Origin: Cryomorphaceae bacterium
GTDB lineage: Bacteria; Verrucomicrobiota; Verrucomicrobiia; Verrucomicrobiales; Akkermansiaceae
Length of the DNA: 53,106 nucleotides
Assembly: GCA_047624885.1 (NCBI GenBank)
Contig: JBLHQF010000001.1
Location: 1 to 53,106, forward strand
Reading direction: 5' to 3'
The stretch's first letter is position 1; every line of letters begins with the position of its first letter. Under the pieces are notes generated by a model that was not told the origin of the DNA, did no database searches, and saw nothing but the letters and a program-made list of their open reading frames with translations. The position numbers were made by a program, and so were the translations under genes. Below, piece by piece: positions 1 through 9,625 of this stretch.

Positions 1-12
1 CCGAGGTAACAA

Positions 13-28
13 TGGGGTGTTCACCCCA
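13..28. promoter_or_regulatory. Regulon box 1: TGGGGT-GTTC-ACCCCA
   Basis: Near-perfect palindrome; -10-like TAGAAT at 52-57, 23 nt downstream on +. Confidence 0.8.
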
Positions 29-70
29 ATATTTTAAGAGCGCGGTGTGGATAGAATAACAATCACTCTG

Positions 71-86
71 GTAGGGTAATACCCCA
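71..86. promoter_or_regulatory. Regulon box 2 (rev-comp TGGGGT-ATTA-CCCTAC), upstream of otsAB
   Basis: Motif match; -10-like TAAATT at 109-114. Confidence 0.8.
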
Positions 87-210
87 TATCAAAGCGCTGT
101 GTATTTACTAAATTTAATTTTAAACTGATTTCATTCAATATGTTATACATAATTAGAACTATACCATGAAAAATCTTATCAATCATTTAACCATTCATCC
201 CATGAGTGAA
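71..210 (+). repeat. Diverged direct repeat of 4441-4580 (box, promoter and first ~15 codons of the baeRF gene)
   Basis: Ungapped hand alignment 104/140 identical; ATG 166 reads MKNLINHLTIHPMSEI vs MNNLINQLIIHPISEI at 4536. Confidence 0.9.
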
Positions 211-313
211 ATTTTCGCGGCTATTTCAAACGACTTCTGGCCTCGCCGGACTAGTAATCCTCCAGAGGCGTGTCGCACGATCACTCCTTTTCACGGCAAG
301 CCCCAGATCCATC

Positions 314-2497
314 ATGTCTAAAGTTATTCTCGTTTCCAACCGTCTGCCGGTCCGTATCACTGAATCCGGCGAGATTGTTCGCACCACCGGAGGTCTCACT
401 TCTGCTCTGGAGGCAATGGAAGGTCCCAAGACCAACGTTTGGGTAGGGTGGTCGGGGCAGGCTAGCGAGGAGATAGAGCAGACAGAGGTGCTGAAGACGC
501 AAATGCGGGCTCTGCAAATCCAGCCCGTCTTGCTCTCTGCCGAAGAGATCGACGGCTTTTACGAAGGGTATTCCAACGCCACTCTCTGGCCCCTGCTCCA
601 CAGCATGTCACAACGGGCGACGTTTGATACAGGCGCCTGGAAACATTACCGCACCGCCAACGAGAAGTTTGCCCAAGCTGTCTTGGAAGTCGTAGAGGAA
701 GGTGACACGGTATGGGTCCACGACTATCATCTCTTCCTGTTGCCCGCTCTCCTGAGAGAGGCTATTCCCTCATTGAAGATCGGGTTCTTCCTCCACACTC
801 CATTTCCAAGTAGCGATATTTTTCGTATCCTGCCCGAGCGTAAAGAAGTACTGCATGGTCTACTCGGAGCAGACCTCATTGGCTTCCACACTTTCAATTA
901 CCTTCGACACTTCCGTTCCTCTTTGCTCAGGGTTCTGGGAATCGAAGCTGAGCATGAATCCCTCTACCATAAAGGACGTTGCCACAAACTAGGTGTCTAC
1001 CCTATCGGTCATAATCGCGAGGGCTTCCACGCTGCGATGGCCACTCCTTTTTTTGAAAAATCCCGCCACGATCTAATCAGGAGCCTCAGCGGACGCAAGC
1101 TCATCCTGAACGTGGAACGTCTCGACTACACCAAGGGGGTTCTGCAAAAGCTGGCAGCCATCCGTCATTTCCTCACGAGCCATCCCGAGAAACGCGATGA
1201 GGTGGACTTCGTCATCATCGCCGTTCCCTCTCGTCAGAACGTGGACGAATACACAGATCTCACTGAGGAGGTTCAGCGCGAAGTCGGAGCGATCAACGGA
1301 GAATTTGGCTCCATCCACTTCGCACCCATCAACTTCCTTCACCAGAGCTTTCCGATCGAAGAACTCGCCGCCTTCTACTCTGTCGCCGATGCTTGCATGG
1401 TCACTCCGCTAGTCGATGGGATGAACTTGGTGGCCAAAGAATTTATTGACTGTAAAGTCGAGGGCAATGGTTCTCGGCCAGGTGTTCTGATTCTTAGCGA
1501 GTTTGCAGGAGCAGCGGCTGAGATGTCAAATGCCCTCCTCGTCAATCCTTATGCTACGCGGGAAGTCTCGGAAGCCATTGACCAGGCCCTAGAAATGCCA
1601 AACGACGAGTGCTGGAACCGCACCCGTAAGATGCAGCAACACCTTGCAGTCAATGATGCCGGAGTGTGGGCCAAACGATTTCTCTCCTACCTCGATGAGA
1701 TGCCTCCTCCGCTAGCCTCAAGCAGTGATCTCACTCCTGTCAGCGGCAATATCCTCAGCGCAGTCAAACAAGGAAAGCGTTGCTCACTCTTTCTAGACTA
1801 TGATGGCACATTGCGAGATTTCACCCTGATACCCCAGGATGCGGTCCCCGATGACGGACTCCTCCCACTCCTCAAGCGCTTAGGTGAAAAAGTCGACATC
1901 ACAATCGTGAGTGGACGTCCCCTCGCCTTTCTAAACGAGCACTTTGGCGGCACCGGGTTCAATCTCGTGGCCGAGCATGGCTATCGCTGGTCACGTGCCG
2001 ACAACCCCGAATGGGAACTACTCAATCCCCATGTCGACACATCTTGGAAGGAACAGATCGCTCCCCAACTAGAGCAAATCACCCATCTCACGCCAGGGTC
2101 ACACATTGAAGAAAAACCGTCCTCCATAGTCTGGCACTACCGTGGCTCCGACCTGGAATTCGGACTCTGGCAGGCTCGCCGTCTTCTCGCCGAACTCACC
2201 GATATCACAGCGAACCTTCCCGTCACGGTCCACCACGGAAAGAAGATCGTAGAAATTGCTAGTCTTCAAGTCAACAAAGGCCGCGCCGTAGAGAGCCTCA
2301 TAAGCAGCCTCGGAAGCCAGATTGCCCTTGCCGCAGGTGACGACCAGACAGACGAAACAATGTTCGCGTTAGAACCGGATATCGAGTCCTTTCACACAAT
2401 CCACCTCGGGGGCACAGACACCCGCGCGACCTACGTGGCTGGGATCTCGCGTTTCCGCGACTTCCTCGAAGATATCGCAAACTCTCTAGATCCCTAA
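314..2497 (+). CDS. otsAB: Bifunctional trehalose-6-phosphate synthase/phosphatase (GT20 + HAD)
   Basis: VSNRLP start, WVHDYHL, GFFLHTPFP, DGMNLVAKEF, SEFAGAA; C-terminal FLDYDGTL HAD motif; start moved to ATG 314. Confidence 0.93.
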   Translation: MSKVILVSNRLPVRITESGEIVRTTGGLTSALEAMEGPKTNVWVGWSGQASEEIEQTEVLKTQMRALQIQPVLLSAEEIDGFYEGYSNATLWPLLHSMSQRATFDTGAWKHYRTANEKFAQAVLEVVEEGDTVWVHDYHLFLLPALLREAIPSLKIGFFLHTPFPSSDIFRILPERKEVLHGLLGADLIGFHTFNYLRHFRSSLLRVLGIEAEHESLYHKGRCHKLGVYPIGHNREGFHAAMATPFFEKSRHDLIRSLSGRKLILNVERLDYTKGVLQKLAAIRHFLTSHPEKRDEVDFVIIAVPSRQNVDEYTDLTEEVQREVGAINGEFGSIHFAPINFLHQSFPIEELAAFYSVADACMVTPLVDGMNLVAKEFIDCKVEGNGSRPGVLILSEFAGAAAEMSNALLVNPYATREVSEAIDQALEMPNDECWNRTRKMQQHLAVNDAGVWAKRFLSYLDEMPPPLASSSDLTPVSGNILSAVKQGKRCSLFLDYDGTLRDFTLIPQDAVPDDGLLPLLKRLGEKVDITIVSGRPLAFLNEHFGGTGFNLVAEHGYRWSRADNPEWELLNPHVDTSWKEQIAPQLEQITHLTPGSHIEEKPSSIVWHYRGSDLEFGLWQARRLLAELTDITANLPVTVHHGKKIVEIASLQVNKGRAVESLISSLGSQIALAAGDDQTDETMFALEPDIESFHTIHLGGTDTRATYVAGISRFRDFLEDIANSLDP

Positions 2498-2503
2498 CTA
2501 CCT

Positions 2504-4363
2504 ATGACTGATAACTACCACCAAGGCATGATCGGAAACGGTCGTACTTGCGCGCTAATCGAACCCGACGCCACCATCTCATTTTGCTGTCTTCCTGACT
2601 TCGATTCAGGAACCGTGATGGCACAGCTTCTCGATCAAGAAAAAGGGGGCAGCTTCGGTATCGAGATGGTCGGTGGAAAAGTGATACACCAGGGCTACGA
2701 TCATCATACCGCGATTTTTGTAACGCACTTCGAAGGACCAGAGGGCATCCTAGAGATACATGACTTCATGCCGCGCTACCCCATCGATAGCGAATCGACT
2801 CACGAGGACGTCGCCCCCGATGTGGTACGCATCCTTCATCTCGTCGAGGGAACTCCACGCATTCGAGTTACCTACGACCCGAAGCTCGAGTATGCCCGCT
2901 TTCCTACCAAGACCGTGGCAGATCATGACTACCGGCTCAAAAGCACTACCGAAGGAGAGCATCCCCCGGGGACTCATGTCTATGAATCCCTCTACCTCTA
3001 CTCAGATCTCGACAATGAGGTCCTTCTAAATCGGGAAACTGTAACAGTCACCGAGGACCGCTTCCTCCTCATGACCTATCATGACAAGATCAACCCTCCT
3101 ACGCAGGAAGCAGTGGAGCTCATGCTGCAGCGGACCCGTGCCTACTGGATGCTTTGGTCAGCCAAGACAAAGCGCACCCATTTATACGAGTCTGAGATCA
3201 TCCGTAGCGCTATCACGCTCAAGATGCTCCAGTTTAGCCCAAGTGGCGCGTTCGTTGCTGCGGCCACCACATCCCTTCCTGAGACTATAGGAGAAGAGCG
3301 TAACTGGGACTACAGGTTCTGCTGGATCCGCGATGCCGCCATGACAGTTGCCACGCTCCACCGCATCGATCACCCTTGGATGGCCCGTCGCTTTGTCGAC
3401 TGGGTGCTCAGTACAGTAAGAACCAAGGACGACACCCTCCAGATTATGTATGGACTAAGGGGTGAGAAAGAACTCACCGAAGAAACCTTAAACCACCTCG
3501 ATGGTTACCTTGGCTCCAAGCCAGTTCGCATCGGTAACGCCGCCTATCACCAAGAGCAACATGATATCTATGGCGTCCTCCTCGACATCGTCTGGCAGGA
3601 CCTCTGCAAGCGACCTCGCACTCCCGAAGCCATGGACCGTATCTGGACCCGTGTCCGCGCAGTGGTGAAAACCGTCTCAGAAAACTGGCATAAGCCGGAT
3701 CACGGGATCTGGGAAATCAGAGGAGAAAAGCGTCACTTCGTCTTTTCCAAGGTCTTGTGCTGGGTAGCTCTGGACCGCTCCATCAAGATCGCCCGCATGC
3801 TGGAGAAGAACACCTGGGCAGACGCTCATGAGGACCTCCGAGACCTCATTCACAAAACCATTTGCCGCAAGGGCTGGAAGGAGGAAGTCGGAGCCTTTAC
3901 ACAATCCTATGAAAGTAACGACCTCGATTCTGCTAACCTCCTGATGGCCGACTTCGGATTCCTCCCAGGGTCCGACCCCCGCTTCGTGGCAACCGTCACC
4001 CTGTGCCAGAAGCAGCTCTGCCGCAATGGCCTCATGTATCGCTACAAGAACACGGACGACTTCGGACACCCTTCCAGTGCCTTCACAGTCTGCTCGTTTT
4101 GGATGGTGAAAGCCCTCGTCCAATCGGGGCGAAAAAAAGACGCGCATAAAATGTTCGCCCGCCTACTCAAAGCCGCCAACCCACACGGTCTCTATGGCGA
4201 GGATCTAGACTTTGAGACACTCCGGCACCTCGGTAATTTCCCCCAAGCATACAGTCATCTAGCCCTCATAGACTGTGCTCTACTCCTCGACGCAGAGGAG
4301 CCATTCACCGAGCGATTACCACCAATTTTACAATCTCAAAATCAAATTTCTAATAATTTATGA
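2504..4363 (+). CDS. Glycoside hydrolase family 15 (trehalase/glucoamylase-like)
   Basis: IGNGRTCAL, AAATTSLPE, RNWDYRFCWIRD, GIWEIRG, LGNFPQAYSHLAL; directly follows otsAB. Confidence 0.92.
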   Translation: MTDNYHQGMIGNGRTCALIEPDATISFCCLPDFDSGTVMAQLLDQEKGGSFGIEMVGGKVIHQGYDHHTAIFVTHFEGPEGILEIHDFMPRYPIDSESTHEDVAPDVVRILHLVEGTPRIRVTYDPKLEYARFPTKTVADHDYRLKSTTEGEHPPGTHVYESLYLYSDLDNEVLLNRETVTVTEDRFLLMTYHDKINPPTQEAVELMLQRTRAYWMLWSAKTKRTHLYESEIIRSAITLKMLQFSPSGAFVAAATTSLPETIGEERNWDYRFCWIRDAAMTVATLHRIDHPWMARRFVDWVLSTVRTKDDTLQIMYGLRGEKELTEETLNHLDGYLGSKPVRIGNAAYHQEQHDIYGVLLDIVWQDLCKRPRTPEAMDRIWTRVRAVVKTVSENWHKPDHGIWEIRGEKRHFVFSKVLCWVALDRSIKIARMLEKNTWADAHEDLRDLIHKTICRKGWKEEVGAFTQSYESNDLDSANLLMADFGFLPGSDPRFVATVTLCQKQLCRNGLMYRYKNTDDFGHPSSAFTVCSFWMVKALVQSGRKKDAHKMFARLLKAANPHGLYGEDLDFETLRHLGNFPQAYSHLALIDCALLLDAEEPFTERLPPILQSQNQISNNL

Positions 4364-4440
4364 GAACACTGTTTCTCAGAAGTGCTCCAGCTTTGGTTCA
4401 CGGCATTAAAGTAACTATTAATCTTTGTCATGATTGAAGG

Positions 4441-4456
4441 GTAGGGAAACACCCCA
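4441..4456. promoter_or_regulatory. Regulon box 3 (rev-comp TGGGGT-GTTT-CCCTAC)
   Basis: Motif match; -10-like TAAATT at 4479-4484. Confidence 0.8.
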
Positions 4457-4535
4457 TATCAAAGATATGGGTATTTACTAAATTGGATCATGAATAAATT
4501 CTATTCAGTGCATTCTGCAAAGTAAAAATATTATC

Positions 4536-5747
4536 ATGAACAATCTTATCAATCAACTAATCATTCATCCCATAAGCGAAATCAAGAGTCAAAATTTCAC
4601 CCATTTACTTTCTCCTCCAGATAATGGCGGCGTGGTGGTGACTCTGTTGCTCCCGATGGAGAGAAAAGGAGCGGAGACTCGTAAAAACCCAATCGTATTT
4701 AAAAATGCAATAAAGAAAGCTGAAGACATGCTGAGCCAAGAACAGCGAGACACTAGCGAAATAGGAAGAGTTCTCAAACAACACAAGGAGATGCATAATG
4801 AGAATTCCGATTTTTGGCAAACCCAACAAAACGGCCTCGCAATGGTTATGAATGAATCAGGAGAGTTAAACGCTTTCAAAACTCCGTTTCCCCTAGAGGA
4901 ATTTGTCTGGGTAGGGAAACGCCCCCGCCTTGGACGGCTCATGCCACTTACGGACGAATTGCGGTTTTATATTCTAGCTCTTGGACTGGATAAGCTTCGC
5001 CTCTTCGAAGCAACTCGCTGGAATATCGATGAGATAGATCTGGTACACGTTCCTTCCTGTCTAGAAGACGTAACGAAATACGATGACCCGGAGAAATCAC
5101 TCCAACACCATAGCGCAGGAAGCTCACCAAGATCAGGCGGAAAGGTGACCGCCATCCATCACGGTCAAGGCGGCGGCACTGATGATACAAAATCCAAAAG
5201 TATTCATCGCTACTTTGAAATGATAGACAAGAATCTGCCTAGTCATTTCGATGATCTCTCTATTCCGCTAGTCCTTTTCGGACAGGACTCACCAGTCGGG
5301 AATTATCGCGAAGTCAACTCTTACCCGCATCTTCATGAAGATGACATTCGCTTTAATCCAGGTAACCAAAGCGAGGATGAACTGAAAAAAAGGATCTACT
5401 ACTGGGTCCAGGAACAAGCATTTATCGACGTGGAAAAGTCCATCAAAAGTCTGCATAGCCACATTGGTCAAGGCCAGGGTTCAGCGGAGTTCAACGAGGT
5501 AATTAAAGCCGCCTTCACTGGGCGAGTCGCCACCCTATTTGTGAAAAAAGGAGCTGTCCACTATGGCAGCTACGATCCTGGTTATCATACCGTTACAAGC
5601 CATGATAGTGACACCGCTGGAACTAATGAGAATGAATTGATCGAGGAAGCCGTCATGCAAGTGACAGCAGCTGGTGGATCAGTCCGCTACCTAGCTTCTG
5701 AAGAGAAAACAGTAGCAGCCGATATTGCTGCTACGTTTCGTTTCTGA
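4536..5747 (+). CDS. Bacterial aeRF1-like protein (baeRF3/7 family; Balon/Rv2629-like ribosome factor)
   Basis: FWQTQQNGLA, FYILAL...LRLFEATR, HHGQGGG loop, YFEMIDK, PLVLFG, AAFTGRVATLFV, C-terminal IAATFRF. Confidence 0.75.
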   Translation: MNNLINQLIIHPISEIKSQNFTHLLSPPDNGGVVVTLLLPMERKGAETRKNPIVFKNAIKKAEDMLSQEQRDTSEIGRVLKQHKEMHNENSDFWQTQQNGLAMVMNESGELNAFKTPFPLEEFVWVGKRPRLGRLMPLTDELRFYILALGLDKLRLFEATRWNIDEIDLVHVPSCLEDVTKYDDPEKSLQHHSAGSSPRSGGKVTAIHHGQGGGTDDTKSKSIHRYFEMIDKNLPSHFDDLSIPLVLFGQDSPVGNYREVNSYPHLHEDDIRFNPGNQSEDELKKRIYYWVQEQAFIDVEKSIKSLHSHIGQGQGSAEFNEVIKAAFTGRVATLFVKKGAVHYGSYDPGYHTVTSHDSDTAGTNENELIEEAVMQVTAAGGSVRYLASEEKTVAADIAATFRF

Positions 5748-5986
5748 TTCATAGGCTGGTAACCAACGCAATCCAAACAATAACCGAGAACAAACAGAGA
5801 GTCATCATCATAAAAATTCCAAACATCTTATTTCTGAAAACTACGATCATCTCAGCGACGTTGGTTCTTTTCACCTATCTAGTCATCATCTCATCAAGCA
5901 CCGCAGAGGAAAACACGCGCCACGGCGGTCACAGGATTTATATCGGTGGTTAAACACAGCGAAAATAATCCTCTCAGCCTCTTCAA

Positions 5987-7207
5987 ATGAAAAATTTAAG
6001 CCGCGAAAACATGGACGATATAAAAGGACCACCTTTAGGCGATATCTCAGAACCTTTGGCTGGTCTCCTCAATCGAATGATCACCGATCGTGCTTCAGAT
6101 CTACACATTGATCCTGTCTACGAGGGAGTAACAATTCGTTTTCGGATCAACGGGATCATCAGAATAGCACCGACGATCACTCTCAAACTGGGCGAACGGC
6201 TTCTAAACCAAATCAAAGTTGCTGCAAATCTCAAACTCGATGGAAACATGGTTCCCCAAGAAGGATTGATCGTCGTGAGCGATGGAAATACGCCTCATGA
6301 TTTCCGAGTGACAACTGCACCGATTTTGAACTGTGAGGCTGCTCATCTCCGGTTTATTTCGGCTGATTGGAGAATCGACTCACTGAACCAACTGGGGCTG
6401 AATGAAAAGCAGCTTGAATTAATAAGTAAAGAAAGAGACGCCGAAAGTGGGCTAACTCTCATTGCTGGCTCCACAGGTTGTGGCAAGACCACAACTCTTT
6501 ACGCACTGGTCAACGCCTTCGACCTCACTCGTAAAATAGGGACCTCAATCGAAGACCCAATCGAGTTTCGTATCGATGGTTTACGCCAAATTGAAGTTGA
6601 TGAAGAACATGGAATAACCATGTCGGAAGGGCTCCGAACCCTGCTAAGGATGGATCCGGATGTGATTGTGGTCGGGGAAATCCGTGATCAGGATTCCGCT
6701 ATCATAGCTTCCCGGGCAGCTCTTTCTGGACGGATGGTGATGGCTACAATTCATGCTTCCGAGCCAGCTGCAGCTGTCCTGGCTATTGAGAATCAGGGCG
6801 TTCCGCCGTATATCTTAGGGGGTGCGCTTCGGCTGATCATTGTTCAGGATTTAGTTCCACAGCTTTGTCCAGATTGCCGTAAGGAAATACCTATTAGCTC
6901 CGAGTTGAGAAGTCTCTATGAAAAGTATGAAATGGAATCTCCTAAAGTCGAATTTCAGCGCAATGGCTGCAAATCATGTGATAACTACGGAATATCTGGA
7001 AGAGTCGGCGTCTTTCAAATCGCACCTGTAGATAAAGCGATGGGCTATAAAATTGGTTGCGGGATCAGCCAGCATAATCTGGGGAAAATGTTTGCCGAAG
7101 CAGGATCGAAATCACTAGTTCATGATGCCTTGGAAAAAGCAGCTCTAGGGAATATCGAAGGTCGTATCATTCAAAAATTGGCACTAACCCACCGCGCTTT
7201 ATCCTAG
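5987..7207 (+). CDS. GspE/PulE/PilB-family secretion ATPase (orphan, no N-terminal domain)
   Basis: ASDLHIDP, Walker A GSTGCGKTTTLY, IEDPIE, LRMDPDVIVVGEIRD, CPDC...CKSC zinc motif. Confidence 0.88.
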   Translation: MKNLSRENMDDIKGPPLGDISEPLAGLLNRMITDRASDLHIDPVYEGVTIRFRINGIIRIAPTITLKLGERLLNQIKVAANLKLDGNMVPQEGLIVVSDGNTPHDFRVTTAPILNCEAAHLRFISADWRIDSLNQLGLNEKQLELISKERDAESGLTLIAGSTGCGKTTTLYALVNAFDLTRKIGTSIEDPIEFRIDGLRQIEVDEEHGITMSEGLRTLLRMDPDVIVVGEIRDQDSAIIASRAALSGRMVMATIHASEPAAAVLAIENQGVPPYILGGALRLIIVQDLVPQLCPDCRKEIPISSELRSLYEKYEMESPKVEFQRNGCKSCDNYGISGRVGVFQIAPVDKAMGYKIGCGISQHNLGKMFAEAGSKSLVHDALEKAALGNIEGRIIQKLALTHRALS

Positions 7208-7253
7208 TTTGTTTACAGATGAACCTACAAATAAAATATTACATTCAAAACCA

Positions 7254-8645
7254 ATGAGAGAAAGCACACGCCTAGAGTCAGACAGTATGGGAGAGGTCAG
7301 CGTTCCCATGAGCGCACTCTATGGTGCTTCTACTCAGAGAGCGGTTCACAACTTCCGGATTAGTGGTGAACCGATGGATACTAGCATCATCCAAGCATAC
7401 GGTCTTATTAAATGGGCAGCATCCCGGGCAAATACGATCTGCGGAGAAATAACTGATGAACAAGCTGACCTTATTCAGAAAGCTTCTCGAGAAATTTACC
7501 AAGGCAAACTAGCCGAACACTTTCCAATTGATACTTATCAAACAGGTTCTGGAACTTCGACAAACATGAATATCAACGAGGTCATTGCCAACCGTTGTAG
7601 CCAATATCTCGGACACGAACTCGGCTCAGCAAAGGAAATCCACCCCAACGACCACGTCAACAAGGGCCAGTCATCCAATGACACCTTCCCTAGTGCGATC
7701 CATATCGCTACCGGATTAAATCTCAAAAACGACCTCATCCCTGCTCTGGAAATTCTCCACGCAGAGCTTTTAAAAAAATCACGTCAATTCCATCCTATCT
7801 GGAAAATCGGTCGGACTCATCTTATGGACGCCACTCCCATTCGTCTCGGTCAAGAATTTGGTGGGTATGCCGCGCAGATTCAAAAATCCATCATCCGAGC
7901 CAATCAAGCCCTTGAAGTACTTCGTGAAATCCCGCTCGGTGGCACCGCAGTTGGCACGGGTCTGAACGCACATCCAGATTTTGCCAAGCTCGCGATTGAT
8001 ATCATCGCCGAAAAAACTGACATCCCCTTTCGTAAAGCTGATCACCCTTCAGAAGCACAGGCAGCAAGAGATGCATTGGTCGAGTGTCATGGAATGCTCA
8101 ATACGATTGCCACCAGCCTTTATAAAATTTCCAATGATGTTCGTCTCATGGCTTCTGGTCCTCGATGCGGCATTGGCGAGATTACCCTCCCACCCACTCA
8201 GCCCGGTTCCTCGATTATGCCGGGAAAAGTCAACCCAGTCATCTGCGAAGCCGTCGCCATGGTTGCCGCTCGTGTTTTTGGAAATCAAGCCACCGTGACA
8301 TGGTGTGGCGCAAACGGGAATCTCGAACTGAATACCTTAATGCCTTTGATGGCTAAGTCCGTTCTAGAATCCATCCGGCTTCTCGCAAATGTCAGCCAGA
8401 ATTTCGCTGAGCGTTGTATTCACGGTATGGAAGCAAATGAAGAACACTGTCAGGAAATGATCGAAAAGAGTCTCTCACTCGTGACAGCTCTGGTCCCGCT
8501 GATAGGCTATGACGAAGCCGCGAAAATAGCAAAAAAAAGCTCAGAATCAAACACGACCATCCGCGAACTTTGTGAAGATCGGATCCAGAATTTAAATATT
8601 ACCCAGCAACAACTTGATGACGCACTCGACCTCGAAAAACTCTAA
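7254..8645 (+). CDS. fumC: Class II fumarate hydratase
   Basis: QTGSGTSTNMN, HPNDHVNKGQSSND, KIGRTHLMDA, GSSIMPGKVNP; start moved to ATG 7254. Confidence 0.92.
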   Translation: MRESTRLESDSMGEVSVPMSALYGASTQRAVHNFRISGEPMDTSIIQAYGLIKWAASRANTICGEITDEQADLIQKASREIYQGKLAEHFPIDTYQTGSGTSTNMNINEVIANRCSQYLGHELGSAKEIHPNDHVNKGQSSNDTFPSAIHIATGLNLKNDLIPALEILHAELLKKSRQFHPIWKIGRTHLMDATPIRLGQEFGGYAAQIQKSIIRANQALEVLREIPLGGTAVGTGLNAHPDFAKLAIDIIAEKTDIPFRKADHPSEAQAARDALVECHGMLNTIATSLYKISNDVRLMASGPRCGIGEITLPPTQPGSSIMPGKVNPVICEAVAMVAARVFGNQATVTWCGANGNLELNTLMPLMAKSVLESIRLLANVSQNFAERCIHGMEANEEHCQEMIEKSLSLVTALVPLIGYDEAAKIAKKSSESNTTIRELCEDRIQNLNITQQQLDDALDLEKL

Positions 8646-8653
8646 AAAACAAA

Positions 8654-8941
8654 CTAAGATTTGAAATCATCGGCAGCTTTTCGCAATGCCATTTTCATAT
8701 CGAACCATGCGGTATTGCATCCTTCATACAGGTCTTGCCATAACGTTGAGGTATGGTGTTTCAAGTGATGGACTTCGTCTCTAAATTTATTTTTCTGAGA
8801 CTCTAGGCTTGCGATACGCTCGTTAAATGCCGTTTTCGCCTCCGCTTCAGCAAGGTGGGTTTGCAGAGCAAGATTATCGATTTTTCTTGAGATTTTGTTG
8901 ATCCGTTTATGTAACTTAGCGACTACTTTTTCTTTTTCCAT
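8654..8941 (-). CDS. Small coiled-coil protein, sll1863-like stress protein
   Basis: 95 aa helical; KIDNL..AEAEAK...WQDLYEGCNTAWFDMK pattern; ATG 5 nt after -10 TATTGT. Confidence 0.65.
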   Translation of the reverse strand: MEKEKVVAKLHKRINKISRKIDNLALQTHLAEAEAKTAFNERIASLESQKNKFRDEVHHLKHHTSTLWQDLYEGCNTAWFDMKMALRKAADDFKS

Positions 8942-8991
8942 AGCGAACAATAGGCAGATCAGCCACCACCTACAATAGGGTGATCACCCCA
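8895..8991 (-). repeat. Repeat copy A of 16555-16647 (box, promoter and 5' end of the coiled-coil gene)
   Basis: First 31 nt 28/31 identical; last 20 nt ACAATAGGGTGATCACCCCA identical. Confidence 0.88.
8976..8991. promoter_or_regulatory. Regulon box 4: TAGGGT-GATC-ACCCCA
   Basis: On - strand followed by TTGTAG (-35-like), 17 nt, TATTGT (-10, 8947-8952). Confidence 0.85.
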
Positions 8992-9030
8992 CTGTTAAGC
9001 TCATTAGAATATGAGCAAATTAATGACATA

Positions 9031-9501
9031 TTAAACGAGAGATTTGCCGAGCCAATGAGAGATTTCCCATAATTGATCAATTTCATGTTCGTTAAAATCA
9101 TAGGGGACATGTTTTCCGATCCCTAGAGTTCCCTTTAGCTCCCCATCGACTAGGATGGGCACGGCCACGGATCCTGCAACTTCAGTGAGTTTAGCATCTG
9201 GCTGAGAGATCCCTGAGGCATCAATCTGGAGGTTACAAATGTGAACTACGTCCTTTGTCTCGGCAGCGGTTCCCGCGATTCCTTTTCCCAGTGCGATACG
9301 CCGGACTTTCTCTAGGAGCTGGGGAGGAATCCCATAAAGCGCCAGTAGTGTGAGCATTTTCTCTTCAGTATCGTAGCGGTGTATCGTTCCTGAGGTGCAA
9401 TCCATTGCCTTAAGGATCTCGTTCAAAGTAGCTGCGCAATCTACTGTGCTATCGAGCTTCGCAAGTTGCGAGATTAGTTTGGTCATTATTGTTTGATTCA
9501 T
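9031..9501 (-). CDS. Stand-alone GAF domain protein
   Basis: IALGKGIAGTAAET, SVAVPILVDGELKGTLGIG, FNEHEIDQL; start moved to ATG 9501 because the longer ORF runs through box 5. Confidence 0.8.
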   Translation of the reverse strand: MNQTIMTKLISQLAKLDSTVDCAATLNEILKAMDCTSGTIHRYDTEEKMLTLLALYGIPPQLLEKVRRIALGKGIAGTAAETKDVVHICNLQIDASGISQPDAKLTEVAGSVAVPILVDGELKGTLGIGKHVPYDFNEHEIDQLWEISHWLGKSLV

Positions 9502-9625
9502 AATTCTAGTATTGATTTGTTTGGATTTGATTAATGGGATGGTTAAGGTACGTTTTGTTTGGCTTTTGTATTGTCCTGTAATAACTATTTGATAAGATTT
9601 CATGCCGTCCCGCATGGCTCTGCTA

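Noticed and set aside
5987-7207. Type II secretion / type IV pilus cluster or conjugation system
   Set aside because: Only the ATPase is present; no structural genes in the window
9031-9501. Free methionine-R-sulfoxide reductase (MsrC) call
   Set aside because: The GVCG Cys motif is replaced by GIAG
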